DNA of 64,000 nucleotides from Eubacteriales bacterium (GTDB lineage Bacteria > Bacillota > Clostridia > Oscillospirales > CAG-272): assembly GCA_045658565.1 (NCBI GenBank), contig JAZOVF010000031.1:128222-192221 (forward strand), written 5' to 3'. A program made the translations under genes and the position numbers. The notes under the pieces were generated by a model that worked only from the letters and a program-made list of their open reading frames with translations, had not been told where the DNA came from and ran no database searches. Of this stretch, positions 48,959 to 59,805 are shown piece after piece (position 1 is the first letter of the stretch; each line of letters opens with the position of its first letter).

Positions 48959-49555
48959 ATGACAAGTAAAGAAAAATTTATTGAAATTTATAACAGTAAC
49001 ATCAAGCGCGAGGGGGCAGACAAGCTGTTGGAATATCTTCTTTCTCCCACCTCTGACTTTTTCACAGCTCCTGCATCTGCAAGATTTCATTCGTCATACG
49101 AGGGCGGACTTTGCGACCACTCTATAAATGTTTATGAGTGCTTAAAGTCTTATCTTGAGTCAGACAGGGTAAAGGAAACCTTTGGATTTGAGTATTCTGA
49201 CGAAAGCATTGCTATTGTTTCGCTTCTTCATGACCTTTGCAAGGTTAATGTATATAAAAAAGGCTTCAGAAATGTTAAGGACGAGAGAGGCGCATGGCAG
49301 AGGGTTGATACATTTGAATATGATGACAAGCTGCCCTACGGTCACGGTGAAAAAAGCGTATACATAATCTCGGGGTATATGAAGCTTACAAGAGAAGAGG
49401 CTTTTGCCATAAGATATCACATGGGCTATTCCTCTACAGAGGATGCGAGAAATGTATCTGCAGCCTTTGAGATGTTCCCCTTGGCTTTCGCTCTTTCAAC
49501 CGCAGACAGCGAGGCAACATACTTTATTGAGTCAAAAATAAATCTGCAAAATTGA
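48959..49555 (+). CDS. HD-domain phosphohydrolase
   Basis: ARFH....GGL.DHS and LLHDLCK motifs. Product is 198 aa. Confidence 0.75.
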   Translation: MTSKEKFIEIYNSNIKREGADKLLEYLLSPTSDFFTAPASARFHSSYEGGLCDHSINVYECLKSYLESDRVKETFGFEYSDESIAIVSLLHDLCKVNVYKKGFRNVKDERGAWQRVDTFEYDDKLPYGHGEKSVYIISGYMKLTREEAFAIRYHMGYSSTEDARNVSAAFEMFPLAFALSTADSEATYFIESKINLQN

Positions 49556-49564
49556 GGTGAAAAT

Positions 49565-50125
49565 ATGAGAAAAAGCTTTGGCGCAAAGCCGATACTTTAT
49601 CCCCAGCCTGTGTTTATTCTTGCGGCATATGACGAAAATGGCATTCCCAACGCTATGAATGCTGCCTGGGGCGGTCTTTCTGAGGAGACCGAGATTATGA
49701 TTTGCCTCAGCGCAGAGCATAAAACTACTGAAAATATTATTAAAACAGGTGCATTTACCGTCAGTATGGCGGATGCCGACTATGTGGCAGAGTGCGACTA
49801 TGTTGGTGTTGTTTCGGGAAATGATGAACCCGACAAGTTTAAAAAAGCAGGCTTTACCGAGGTAAAATCCCAGCTTGTAAACGCTCCCATAATCAACGAA
49901 TTGCCAATGTGCCTTGAGTGTAGACTTATAAGCTACGACAAGAACACCTGCCGCCTTTTCGGTGAAATTGTAAATGTTTCTGCCGACGAGAGAGTTCTTA
50001 ACGAAAAGGGAAAAATAGACCCTGCAAAGCTGCGTCCCATTACATTTGACCCCGCAAACAATAAATATATTGTGCTTGGCGAGGTTGTTGGAAACGCATT
50101 CTCTGACGGATTAAAGCTTAAATAA
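49565..50125 (+). CDS. flavin reductase-like (FMN-binding split-barrel) protein
   Basis: Flavin_Reduct-like sequence of 186 aa. Confidence 0.75.
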   Translation: MRKSFGAKPILYPQPVFILAAYDENGIPNAMNAAWGGLSEETEIMICLSAEHKTTENIIKTGAFTVSMADADYVAECDYVGVVSGNDEPDKFKKAGFTEVKSQLVNAPIINELPMCLECRLISYDKNTCRLFGEIVNVSADERVLNEKGKIDPAKLRPITFDPANNKYIVLGEVVGNAFSDGLKLK

Positions 50126-50129
50126 ATAA

Positions 50130-50200
50130 CAATCCCCTTAGCATAGCCTCGAAATTTGTTTATACATCGAGAGCTTGTTCTAAGGGGATTGTTTGATTTT
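50130..50200. terminator. long hairpin between convergent operons
   Basis: 12-bp stem CAATCCCCTTAG/CTAAGGGGATTG (50130-50141 / 50180-50191) with an inner CTCGA/TCGAG pair. Confidence 0.6.
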
Positions 50201-50221
50201 AAAATTATTATGCCTGTTGTG

Positions 50222-52093
50222 TTATTCCGCAACGAAGAGATAAGGATATATTTCCTGTCCTCCGTCTATAAAGTAAACCTCGGTGTCGGGGTACTTTGTT
50301 GAAACGTATTCTTCAAGGGCAGCAGCCTCGCTTGCTTGCGTGTCCGCTCCGATAAATACAGTAAGAAGGAAACGGTCGCCACCTTCAAGCAGCTTATCAA
50401 CAAGTACACGGGCACATGTATCACGCTCCGGCTCTGAAACAACGATTTCCTTGTTAATTATAGCTATGGTATCACCGTCGTTTATGTGTACTCCGTTCAT
50501 ATCAGCATCCCTTACTGCAGGGGAGATATATGCGGAGACAACTCTTGCGATAGCTTCCTCTGCCTCTTTAACAAGCTCTTCGGGAGAAGAGGAGTCGAAG
50601 TTCATAGAAGAAAGTGCAACATAACCTGTTCCGATAGTCTTGGCGGGAATTACATATACCTTGGCTTTGTCATAAATCTCTGCAGCCTGCGACGCAGCCA
50701 TAACAATGTTTCCGTTATTAGGGAAAACATAGATGTTTTCTGCATTGATTTTCTCAAATGCCTCGATAAAATCGTTTGTAGATGGGTTGTTGGTCTGACC
50801 GCCGGGAACGATAACATCAGTACCCAACTCGGAGAAAACAGCTGAAATTCCGGGGCCGTTGCTTACAGCAACAATTCCGTTCTTCTTTTTTGGTTCAGCA
50901 GGCTTCTGCTCGGATTTATCTCCGGCAAAATCGGATTCTGTATGCTGGATTGACATATTCTCAATCTTAACGCTTATAAACTCACCAACCTTACGCATAC
51001 GGGCAAGAACTCTTTCAGGAGTGAGTGTATGAACGTGGATTTTAACGATGCTTTCGGTCTTGAATGCAACTATTGAATCGCCAAGCTTTGAAAGATAGAG
51101 CTTAAGAGCGTTCATGTCGTAATTTTCAATATCACATTTACGATTCTGAAGCTGAACAAGAAGCTCGGTACAGTATCCGTAAGTCATCTCGCTGTCAGGT
51201 CCGAATGCACCGTGCTGAAGAGCGCCTGCCTTGGGTACGGGAAGGGGAACTGCATCGTACTCGACATCCTCGCCATTGAGAACTCTGTTAAGACCGTCAA
51301 TGATATAGAGCAGACCTGCTCCGCCGCTGTCTACAACACCCGCTTCGCTAAGAGCGGGGAGAAGCTCGGGGGTACGCTCGAGAGACTTGTTCATCTCGTT
51401 TACCAGGTCGGCAAAGAGGGATTGTACTGTGCTTCTGCCGTTAAGTCTGCTTACGGCATATTCAACCGATTCGCGGGCAACAGTAAGAATTGTACCCTCG
51501 GTAGGAGTCATAACCGAGCCGTATGCCTGTTCAACACCAAGCTCAAGAGCATGACCCAGCTCCTTTGAATTTGCTGTTTCAACATTCTCAAGTCCCTTTG
51601 CCATTCCCGCAAAGAACTGAGAGAGTATAACACCCGAGTTACCTCTTGCACCGAGGAGCATTCCTCTTGAAGCAACTCTGAGAACCTCGGCAAGGTCGTC
51701 GGTTTCAATATCGTTAAGAGATGCAACACCGCTGTCGATTGTCATACTCATGTTGTCGCCTGTGTCACCGTCGGGAACAGGGAACACGTTGAGCTTGTTT
51801 ACTTCCTCTGCATTAGCTCTAAGCTCAGAGGCTCCGCCCTTCATCATTTTTGCAAAAAGGGCACCGCCGAGAGTCTTAAGACTCATTTTTTTCTTTTGTT
51901 CGGTTTTGGGGGTGGTTTTAGCCACCTTTTTCTCGTTGGTTTTTTTAGCAGAAGTCTTTTTATTTTGCTTTACAGCCTTTGTTTCGGCTTTTTTAGCATC
52001 TTTTTTTGCATTGTTTGCCGTAGCATTGGTTTTTTGCTGTTTTTTTGCTTCTGCAGAATTGCTTTTATTTAGGTTTTTATCCGAATTTGACAT
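50222..52093 (-). CDS. fakA: DAK2-domain fatty-acid kinase subunit (FakA/YloV family) with ~70-aa Lys-rich N-terminal extension
   Basis: LNVFPVPDGDTGDNM Dak2 motif and a YloV-like C-terminal half. AGGAGA ribosome-binding site lies 5 nt before the ATG at 52093. Confidence 0.85.
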   Translation of the reverse strand: MSNSDKNLNKSNSAEAKKQQKTNATANNAKKDAKKAETKAVKQNKKTSAKKTNEKKVAKTTPKTEQKKKMSLKTLGGALFAKMMKGGASELRANAEEVNKLNVFPVPDGDTGDNMSMTIDSGVASLNDIETDDLAEVLRVASRGMLLGARGNSGVILSQFFAGMAKGLENVETANSKELGHALELGVEQAYGSVMTPTEGTILTVARESVEYAVSRLNGRSTVQSLFADLVNEMNKSLERTPELLPALSEAGVVDSGGAGLLYIIDGLNRVLNGEDVEYDAVPLPVPKAGALQHGAFGPDSEMTYGYCTELLVQLQNRKCDIENYDMNALKLYLSKLGDSIVAFKTESIVKIHVHTLTPERVLARMRKVGEFISVKIENMSIQHTESDFAGDKSEQKPAEPKKKNGIVAVSNGPGISAVFSELGTDVIVPGGQTNNPSTNDFIEAFEKINAENIYVFPNNGNIVMAASQAAEIYDKAKVYVIPAKTIGTGYVALSSMNFDSSSPEELVKEAEEAIARVVSAYISPAVRDADMNGVHINDGDTIAIINKEIVVSEPERDTCARVLVDKLLEGGDRFLLTVFIGADTQASEAAALEEYVSTKYPDTEVYFIDGGQEIYPYLFVAE

Positions 52094-52110
52094 AAAAATC
52101 TCCTGTCGAA

Positions 52111-52974
52111 TTATCGTTCTTTTCCGTAGAAGAAGAGAGCAAGTGTTCCCGGACCTGAGTGAGCTCCTATTACAGGACCGACATCGGTTATAAGTTCGGT
52201 TTCAGCACCGTATTTTTCTTTTAAAATTTCTGCAAGGATTTTTGCATCTGCCTCGCAGTCAGCGTGGGAAATAAATGCCTTTGTTCCAACCGGGTCTGCA
52301 CTTTCTTCGTATTTATCAGCCAAGGCAAGGATAGATGCCCGTCTGCCGCGTACCTTAGAAACACTTGTGAGATGACCATCGTTATCTACATGAAGCACGG
52401 GTTTGATACCAAGCATATTACCTACAAAGGCTGTGGTAGGGCTTACACGTCCGCCGCGCTTCAGGTACACAAGGTCATCAACAGTAAACCAGTGGCAAAT
52501 GTGAAGCTTGCTTTCCTCGGCAAAGTTGCGGGCTTCTTCTATAGTCATGCCCTCAGCCATTTTTTCTTTAATCATATCAATGAGCAGCGCTGTTCCTGCG
52601 GAAGCAGCAAGAGTATCAACGGTGTAAATTTTTCTTTCGGGGTACTTTTGTCTTAATTCCTCGGCTGCAAGACGTGCAGAGTTAAATGTTGTGCTGAGTC
52701 CTGATGAAAAACCGATATAAAGAATGTCAAGTCCCTTATCCAAAATGGGAGTGAATCCCGATATAAAATCTTCGGAATTTACCGCGGCGGTTTTTGCAAC
52801 TCCGCCCTCGCGCATTTTAGAATAAAATTCCGAAACACACATTTCATTGTTTCGATATTCCTTGTCTGAGCCGTCAAAACGGAAAGACAGGGATGATGAA
52901 TAAATACCCCAATCTGCAATTGCCTTTTCGGAAAGGTCGCAGGCGGAATCTGTATAAATAACGTAGCTTTGCAT
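52111..52974 (-). CDS. fakB: DegV-family fatty-acid-binding protein (FakB)
   Basis: YVIYTDSACDL N-terminus and DegV-like sequence. ATG at 52974 follows GGAGAA. Confidence 0.88.
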   Translation of the reverse strand: MQSYVIYTDSACDLSEKAIADWGIYSSSLSFRFDGSDKEYRNNEMCVSEFYSKMREGGVAKTAAVNSEDFISGFTPILDKGLDILYIGFSSGLSTTFNSARLAAEELRQKYPERKIYTVDTLAASAGTALLIDMIKEKMAEGMTIEEARNFAEESKLHICHWFTVDDLVYLKRGGRVSPTTAFVGNMLGIKPVLHVDNDGHLTSVSKVRGRRASILALADKYEESADPVGTKAFISHADCEADAKILAEILKEKYGAETELITDVGPVIGAHSGPGTLALFFYGKER

Positions 52975-53185
52975 GTTTTCTCCTATGTCGCAAGAGCGAC
53001 TTTTGGTTGTCGGCATTTTGCCGTTTTTTTATTGCTTTAGTATGTGGTAATGTGCAATGATTAAACCCAAATACCCATAGTATTATACCACGATATGGCC
53101 TATTTGTCAAGTTTTACATCGAATTTAAATTTTAGTTAGTTGACAAAAACGCAAAAAATGTCAATAAAATCCTCGATAAACAAAA

Positions 53186-53218
53186 AAAGACAGACACACA
53201 GTAAATGCATCTGTCTTA
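53186..53218 (-). terminator. terminator after tRNA-Leu
   Basis: Minus strand has AGACAG...CTGTCT followed by T8. Confidence 0.6.
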
Positions 53219-53305
53219 TGGTGCCGGTAGTCGGGGTCGAACCGACACGGTATTGCTACCTTCGGATTTTGAGTCCGACGCGTCTGCCAATTCCACCATA
53301 CCGGC
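53219..53305 (-). tRNA. tRNA-Leu (anticodon CAA), CCA encoded
   Basis: Cloverleaf folded by hand. Acceptor is GCCGGTA/TACCGGC. Anticodon stem TCGGA/TCCGA has loop CTCAAAA. There is a long variable arm and a T-arm GTCGG-TTCGACC-CCGAC. Length is 87 nt. Confidence 0.93.
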
Positions 53306-53338
53306 AAAAATATGCCAAACTGGCACGTCACATATGTT

Positions 53339-53367
53339 ATTATAGCACATAAAAAAAGAAAAATCAA
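53339..53367 (-). promoter_or_regulatory. sigma-A promoter of tRNA-Leu
   Basis: Minus strand reads TTGATT, a 17-nt spacer, then TATAAT. Confidence 0.5.
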
Positions 53368-53485
53368 TACAATATAAAAAAATATTTCTCGGTGCACGAA
53401 AATTTCTATTGTATTTTTTAATTGAATATAGTATAATAAAATGTAAGATAAATTAAAACATACTAACAAAGAAAGGGGGAGTCTT

Positions 53486-54442
53486 ATGCTTAACGATGAA
53501 ATTTTTTCGCCAAGTGAAGCCCTAGCTTCAAATATTGAATCTCTTTCAGCCCGGCAGACATTGCTGGCCGAAAGAAGAATGTGTGAAATTGCAGAGCTTG
53601 CAGGCGAGGCAGTTAGATTCTCTCTTGAACTTTTAGATGTTGGAATCGATGTTTTTGAGGGACTGTCACTAATTGCTGACGGCTATCCTAATTCCCGGCC
53701 TTGTGTGGCAGAAAACTGTCTTGATGTTAACCGTCGGAGGCTTGAGTATCTTTTGTCTGGGCTTTCTCTTGCGGATAAGGCGCATTTCGCTGAGATATAT
53801 GTGGAGCTTTTGGCTAAAGAGGGACTTGGTTTAAGGGAAAATAATTTTTTGCCTGAGCTTTTGGCTGATGAGACGTTTGTTTACGTAAAAAACGTATTTG
53901 CCGATGAGGCATACGACGTATTCAGTCAGGATTTTTCCGACCCTAGGGTTAGATATGCCTCCAGCCTTCGTGAAGCGGTGAAATCTGTTTCGGACGGAGA
54001 GGCAAGCTACTGTATACTTCCTCTTGAGGAAGGGGGATCCAGGCTTTCTTCTGTAACCGAGCTTCTTTATCGCTCCGAATTGAAAATCAATTCGGTTATT
54101 CCTGTTTTTGGCATGGCTGCCGATGCGGACATAAAGTATGCGCTTGTATCACGTCATTTTATTATTCCGAAGCGGGAAAAAGGAGACGACAGGTATCTTG
54201 AAATAAGGATTCCGACAGACTCGGACACAAACCTTTCCGAACTGCTTTTTGTTACAAGAAGCTACGGTATAGAGCTGTATCGTGTTAATACGTTGATGTT
54301 TAAAACACAGGATGAGCAAAAGGGATATTACTCGGTAGTTTTTTCGGGCGAGGATGTAGATTTTACGGTACTTCTTGCTTTTCTTACCTTGTTTGTTACC
54401 GAATATACTTCTGTCGGTATTTACAAAAATCTTGAATTATAG
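53486..54442 (+). CDS. hypothetical protein; C-terminal two-thirds faintly prephenate-dehydratase/ACT-like
   Basis: GGGGGAG ribosome-binding site. The ...SVSDGEASYCILPLEEGGS...ELLY...L.I.. region resembles the PDT N-lobe. The last ~80 aa resemble an ACT fold ending ..GIYKNLE. Confidence 0.45.
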   Translation: MLNDEIFSPSEALASNIESLSARQTLLAERRMCEIAELAGEAVRFSLELLDVGIDVFEGLSLIADGYPNSRPCVAENCLDVNRRRLEYLLSGLSLADKAHFAEIYVELLAKEGLGLRENNFLPELLADETFVYVKNVFADEAYDVFSQDFSDPRVRYASSLREAVKSVSDGEASYCILPLEEGGSRLSSVTELLYRSELKINSVIPVFGMAADADIKYALVSRHFIIPKREKGDDRYLEIRIPTDSDTNLSELLFVTRSYGIELYRVNTLMFKTQDEQKGYYSVVFSGEDVDFTVLLAFLTLFVTEYTSVGIYKNLEL

Positions 54443-54444
54443 AA

Positions 54445-54711
54445 ATGGATGCTTTTATGAAAAATCATATTGAATTTAAAACACGGGGAACATGCTCCCG
54501 TCAGGTAAATGTTGAGGTAGAGGACGGGGTTATAATCTCATGTGATTTTGTTGGCGGTTGTGCCGGAAACACTCAGGGGGTTGCGGCGCTGGTTGTTGGT
54601 ATGAAGGTGGAGGACGCTATAGCAAAACTTAAAGGAATTAAATGCGGTTTTAAGTCTACCTCCTGTCCTGACCAGCTTGCATGCGCTTTAGAGAAGCTTT
54701 CCGATCAGTAA
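54445..54711 (+). CDS. small TSCPD-domain protein
   Basis: 88 aa with GTCS, GGCAGNTQG and KSTSCPDQLA motifs. Confidence 0.7.
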   Translation: MDAFMKNHIEFKTRGTCSRQVNVEVEDGVIISCDFVGGCAGNTQGVAALVVGMKVEDAIAKLKGIKCGFKSTSCPDQLACALEKLSDQ

Positions 54712-54740
54712 TTACATGAAATTTGAAAGGGGATAAAAAT

Positions 54741-56465
54741 ATGTTTGAAAAGGAATATGAAAGATGGCTTGTCTGCGACGTGCTAACCGATGCAGAGCGC
54801 GATGAGCTTTTAGCTATAAAAAATGACACCGAGGCAAAGGCTCTTAGATTTTCTGCTCCTATGGATTTTGGTACAGCGGGACTTCGTTCCACAATGTATA
54901 TGGGTATCGGATGTATGAACCGTTTTACCGTTGCCCAGACTACGAGAGGTATTGCGGCGCTTGTAAAAGCAGCTGCAGGCGAGGAACGCGGTGTTGCTAT
55001 TGCCTATGACTCAAGAAATAATTCAAAGGAGTTTGCGCGTGTCAGCGCATCTGTACTTGCAGGCGCGGGTATTAAGTCATATATATTTGATGACATTCGC
55101 CCCACTCCCGAGCTTTCTTTTGCTCTTCGCGAGCTTTCGGCCCTTGCGGGAATAAATATTACCGCTTCCCATAATCCCAAGGAATACAACGGCTATAAGG
55201 CATATTGGGAGGACGGTGCACAGATAGGTCCAGAGCAGGCAAAGATTGTTTCATCCGAGCGCGCAAGGTTTGATGTTCTTGACATCTCCGGAATTATGGA
55301 TTACGACGAAGGTGTGAAAAAAGGACTTATCATTGAGCTTCATGAGGATTTTGATGAAAAATATATTTCTGCTGTTCTTAAAACATCGGTAAATCCCGAT
55401 GCGGTAAAGGAAGTCTCTGATGATTTAAAAGTGGTTTATACACCTCTTCACGGTGCGGGCTACAAGCTTGTTCCCGAGGTGTTCTCACGCATGGGACTTA
55501 AGTACCTATTTACAGTTCACGAGCAGATGATTCCGGACGGTAATTTCCCAACAGTTGCAAAGCCCAATCCCGAGTATCCTGCTGTATTTGAGCTTGGTAT
55601 CGCCATAGCAAACAAAGAAGGCTCTGACCTTGTTATTGCGACAGACCCCGACTCCGACAGAGTTGGTGTTATGACAAGAACTCCCGACGGAAGCTTTACA
55701 ACAATTTCGGGCAATCAGATGGGTGCTCTTCTTCTTGACTATGCTATCAGACAAAGACGTGAAAGAGGTAATCTTCCCGAATATGCTTACTGCGTAAAGA
55801 GCATCGTTTCTACCGATATGGCATACAAGATTGCAAAGGACAACGGAGTTCGCCTCCACGATGTTCTTACTGGCTTTAAGTTTATCGGCGAGGTTATCAA
55901 GAACTACGAGGCAGAGGGCAAGGCTGACGGATTTGTTCTCGGATTTGAGGAGAGCTACGGCTATCTTCTCGGCTCTTATGCAAGAGACAAGGATGCGGTT
56001 GAAGCGTCTATGATGATTCTTGAAATGACCGCATATTATAAAAAGCGGGGAATGACTCTTTCTGATGCTCTCACCGAGCTTTATAAGACTTATGGCTTCT
56101 ATGCCGAAAGAATGATTGATATATATATGGAGGGTCTTGACGGTATTGAGCGCCGCAAGAGAGTTATGCAGACTCTTCGCGACAATCCTCCAAAGAATAT
56201 CGGTGGTGCAGAGGTTCTTCTTGTGGGTGACTACAAAGTGGGAACAATAGTTAATGTAAAAGAAGGCTCTGTTACATCAACAGGTCAGCCCTCTTCCGAC
56301 GTGCTTTATTACACACTTGATAACGAGGACAAGATAATTGTTCGCCCCTCGGGAACAGAGCCTAAAATAAAGATATATATTCTTGCTCATGGCGGGGATA
56401 TGGAATCTCTTAACGAAAAGGCTGAAAAATATTCAATAGATTCAAGAAAGATGACAGAGGTTTAA
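54741..56465 (+). CDS. pgcA: phosphoglucomutase / phospho-sugar mutase
   Basis: [13 protein letters not shown] active-site serine loop and the [10 protein letters not shown] metal loop. Confidence 0.88.
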   Translation: MFEKEYERWLVCDVLTDAERDELLAIKNDTEAKALRFSAPMDFGTAGLRSTMYMGIGCMNRFTVAQTTRGIAALVKAAAGEERGVAIAYDSRNNSKEFARVSASVLAGAGIKSYIFDDIRPTPELSFALRELSALAGINITASHNPKEYNGYKAYWEDGAQIGPEQAKIVSSERARFDVLDISGIMDYDEGVKKGLIIELHEDFDEKYISAVLKTSVNPDAVKEVSDDLKVVYTPLHGAGYKLVPEVFSRMGLKYLFTVHEQMIPDGNFPTVAKPNPEYPAVFELGIAIANKEGSDLVIATDPDSDRVGVMTRTPDGSFTTISGNQMGALLLDYAIRQRRERGNLPEYAYCVKSIVSTDMAYKIAKDNGVRLHDVLTGFKFIGEVIKNYEAEGKADGFVLGFEESYGYLLGSYARDKDAVEASMMILEMTAYYKKRGMTLSDALTELYKTYGFYAERMIDIYMEGLDGIERRKRVMQTLRDNPPKNIGGAEVLLVGDYKVGTIVNVKEGSVTSTGQPSSDVLYYTLDNEDKIIVRPSGTEPKIKIYILAHGGDMESLNEKAEKYSIDSRKMTEV

Positions 56466-56484
56466 TCCTCCAAGGAAAAACAAA

Positions 56485-58299
56485 GTGACAGAAAAACAAA
56501 AGCATATAAGGAATTTTTCAATAATTGCTCATATAGACCATGGCAAATCTACCCTTGCAGACCGCATTCTTGAAAAAACAAGAACGGTTGCAACCCGTGA
56601 TATGGAAGAGCAGCTTCTTGATAATATGGACCTTGAAAGAGAGCGTGGAATTACCATAAAGGCTCGCGCTGTAAGGCTCTCTTACAAGGCGAATGACGGT
56701 GAGGAATATATCTACAACCTTATAGACACTCCCGGTCACGTGGACTTTGGCTACGAGGTGTCACGTTCGCTTAAGGCGTGTGAGGGTGCGCTGCTTGTGG
56801 TTGATGCTACGCAGGGTGTTGAAGCTCAAACTCTCGCCAATGCATATCTTGCAATAGATAATGACCTTGAAATTTTGCCTGTAATAAATAAAATCGACCT
56901 TGCCTCAGCAGACGTTGAGGGGGCAAGACGTGAAATCGAGGACATTATTGGCATTCCGGCGGATGAGTGTCCTGCCGTTTCGGCAAAAAACGGAATAAAT
57001 ATCGAGGATGTCTTGGAGCAGGTTGCTACTGTCATCCCTGCGCCCTCGGGTGATAAGGACGCGCCTCTTAAGGCTCTTATATTCGACTCATACTATGATG
57101 CCTACCTTGGTGTTGTAGTTTATATCAGAGTTTTTGACGGTCAGGTTAAGGCAGGCGATAAAATCCGACTTATGTCCCTGGGAGCTGAGTTTGAGGTCTT
57201 TGAGGTAGGAACAATGGAGCCATTCGGACTTGCAAAATGCGATGTTCTTTCGGCAGGCGAGGTTGGATATATTACAGCTTCTATAAAAACCGTCGGAGAC
57301 ACTAAGGTTGGCGATACAATAACTCTTGCATCAAGACCTGCCGATGAGGCTCTTTCCGGATTCCGTGAGGTTCACCCCATGGTTTATTCGGGTATATATC
57401 CCGCTGACGGAGCAAGGTATGGAGATTTAAGAGAGGCTCTTGAAAAGCTTCAGCTTAATGACGCATCTCTTGTCTTTGAGCCTGAAACCTCTGTGGCTCT
57501 CGGATTTGGCTTCCGCTGCGGCTTCCTCGGACTTCTTCATATGGAAATAATAGAGGAAAGACTTGAGAGAGAGTTTAATCTTGACCTTATCACCACAGCT
57601 CCCTCGGTTATTTATAAGGTGGAGCTTAAAAACGGTGAAACTGTAATGATAGACAACCCCTCAAAGTTCCCGTCGCCCGATGAGATTGCTACCGCCTATG
57701 AGCCTATAATGAAAGCAACAGTAATTACTCCGACAGACTATATTGGCGGTATTATGGACCTTTGTCAGGACAGACGCGGTGTGTTTATTGATATGAAATA
57801 TATCGATACCGAGCGTGCTGAAATACATTACGAGCTGCCCCTTAACGAAATTATATACGACTTCTTTGATGCTCTTAAGAGCCGTACGAAGGGTTATGCT
57901 TCTCTTGACTACGAGCTTAAGGGATACAAGCAGTCTAAGCTCGTTAAGCTTGACTTTATGCTGAACGGAGAGGTAGTTGATGCGCTTTCCTTTATCGTAT
58001 TTGAGGACAGAGCCTACGGCAGAGCAAGAAAAATTGCCGAAAAGCTTAAGGAAAACATTCCGCGTCAGCTCTTTGAAATTCCAATTCAGGCGGCAATAGG
58101 CTCGAAGATTATTGCCAGAGAAACCGTAAAGGCTATGCGTAAGGACGTGCTTGCAAAGTGCTACGGCGGTGATATTACAAGAAAAAAGAAGCTGCTTGAA
58201 AAACAGAAAGAGGGTAAAAAGAAGATGCGTAAGCTTGGCAGCGTTGAGGTTACCCCCGAGGCATTTATGGCAGTTCTCAGGCTTGATGATGAAAGCTGA
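56485..58299 (+). CDS. lepA: elongation factor 4 (LepA)
   Basis: [17 protein letters not shown] and NKIDL motifs, with a LepA C-terminal region. GTG start. Confidence 0.95.
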   Translation: MTEKQKHIRNFSIIAHIDHGKSTLADRILEKTRTVATRDMEEQLLDNMDLERERGITIKARAVRLSYKANDGEEYIYNLIDTPGHVDFGYEVSRSLKACEGALLVVDATQGVEAQTLANAYLAIDNDLEILPVINKIDLASADVEGARREIEDIIGIPADECPAVSAKNGINIEDVLEQVATVIPAPSGDKDAPLKALIFDSYYDAYLGVVVYIRVFDGQVKAGDKIRLMSLGAEFEVFEVGTMEPFGLAKCDVLSAGEVGYITASIKTVGDTKVGDTITLASRPADEALSGFREVHPMVYSGIYPADGARYGDLREALEKLQLNDASLVFEPETSVALGFGFRCGFLGLLHMEIIEERLEREFNLDLITTAPSVIYKVELKNGETVMIDNPSKFPSPDEIATAYEPIMKATVITPTDYIGGIMDLCQDRRGVFIDMKYIDTERAEIHYELPLNEIIYDFFDALKSRTKGYASLDYELKGYKQSKLVKLDFMLNGEVVDALSFIVFEDRAYGRARKIAEKLKENIPRQLFEIPIQAAIGSKIIARETVKAMRKDVLAKCYGGDITRKKKLLEKQKEGKKKMRKLGSVEVTPEAFMAVLRLDDES

Positions 58300-59416
58300 T
58301 AGCATAGGACTTTATGTCCATACACCTCTGTGTATAAAAAAATGCAACTATTGCGATTTTTGCTCATATACCGAAGAAAAAGCCGAATGGCGAGAAAGAT
58401 ATATTGATACCCTTTGCTCCGAGATAGACGGTTACAAAGATAAAAATCTTTCTGTAAATACAGTCTTTTTCGGCGGAGGAACGCCTTCGCTTCTTACACC
58501 CCTCGAATTTGAAAAAATATGCTCTCATATTACAAAAGCGTTTTCTGTGGACTCTTCGGCTGAGTTTACCATTGAAGCAAATCCTAAGACGTTAACAAAA
58601 GAAAAACTTAAAGCATATATGTCTGTGGGTGTAAACAGACTAAGCATGGGAGTTCAGTCGATTCACGAAAATGAACTGAAAATCTTGGGCAGAATACATA
58701 ATTGTTCTGATTTTGTTGAGTCATATAGTCTTGCAAGAGATTGCGGAATTGAAAATATCAATCTTGATTTAATGTATGGTATTCCGGAGCAAACTCCCGA
58801 GAGCTTTGAAAAAACACTTGATACAGTTTTAGCACTTTCTCCCGAGCATATTTCTCTTTACGGGCTGATTTTAGAAGAGGGTACACCGTTTTATGATTTA
58901 AAAGAGTCGCTTAATATTCCCGAAGAGGATACGGAATGCGATATGTATTATATGGCGGCGGAAAAACTTTCTTCGGCGGGGTATTCCCATTATGAAATTT
59001 CAAACTATGCAAAGTCGGGCTTTGAGTGCCGCCATAATTTAAAGTATTGGCATAACGAAAGCTATGTAGGTGTTGGTGCTTCTGCATATTCCTACCTTGA
59101 CGGTATGCGGTTTGGAAATTCTTCTGAAATAGATGAATATTTATCTCCCCTTCGAGAAAAATATATACAGAAAGAGCCGATAAACGACCCCGATAGCGAG
59201 GCTTATGATTATGTTATGCTTGGACTCAGGCTCTCCGAGGGGATTTCGCTCTCAGATTATAAATCAAGGTTTGGATATGATTTTTTAACCGAAGAAAGAC
59301 GCAAGAGTATAAAAAAATATTCAGAGCTTGGTATGGTTGAGAGTTGTAATGACAGACTTCGCCTTACAGAACGTGGCTTTTATATCAGTAACAGAATTCT
59401 TACGGATCTGTTATAA
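58286..59416 (+). CDS. hemW: radical SAM heme chaperone HemW (coproporphyrinogen-III-oxidase-like)
   Basis: [11 protein letters not shown] radical SAM motif. The ATG at 58286 overlaps the end of lepA by 14 nt. Confidence 0.9.
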   Translation: MMKADSIGLYVHTPLCIKKCNYCDFCSYTEEKAEWRERYIDTLCSEIDGYKDKNLSVNTVFFGGGTPSLLTPLEFEKICSHITKAFSVDSSAEFTIEANPKTLTKEKLKAYMSVGVNRLSMGVQSIHENELKILGRIHNCSDFVESYSLARDCGIENINLDLMYGIPEQTPESFEKTLDTVLALSPEHISLYGLILEEGTPFYDLKESLNIPEEDTECDMYYMAAEKLSSAGYSHYEISNYAKSGFECRHNLKYWHNESYVGVGASAYSYLDGMRFGNSSEIDEYLSPLREKYIQKEPINDPDSEAYDYVMLGLRLSEGISLSDYKSRFGYDFLTEERRKSIKKYSELGMVESCNDRLRLTERGFYISNRILTDLL

Positions 59417-59483
59417 AAAACTATTGACATTAGAGTTAATATAGTATAAAATATAAACAATAAGATAGATTGGAGCTTGTAAA

Positions 59484-59798
59484 ATGGCAGATATGGAAAA
59501 AAACTTTAACGAAGAGGTTGACGAGCTTGGCGAGTCTCCCGTTTTTACACTTACCGATGAGGAAACAGGCGAGGAGTGCGACTTTGAGCTTCTTGCAAGA
59601 GCTACAATAGACGAAAAGCTTTATTTTGCTCTCGTTCCCGCTGATGATGAGGATGCTGAGGAGTATGTTATTCTCAGAGTTTCTGAGGATGGCGACGATA
59701 TTCTTATGGAGAGCATCGATGACGATGATGAGTTTGATAAGGTTGAGGAGTACTTCAACGATCTCTTCTTCAGCGAAGTAGACTACGACGAGGAATAA
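59484..59798 (+). CDS. DUF1292-family acidic protein
   Basis: 104 aa with F.L.DE.G.E..FELL......EK.YF.LVP pattern. Confidence 0.75.
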   Translation: MADMEKNFNEEVDELGESPVFTLTDEETGEECDFELLARATIDEKLYFALVPADDEDAEEYVILRVSEDGDDILMESIDDDDEFDKVEEYFNDLFFSEVDYDEE

Positions 59799-59805
59799 TT
59801 TTCTT

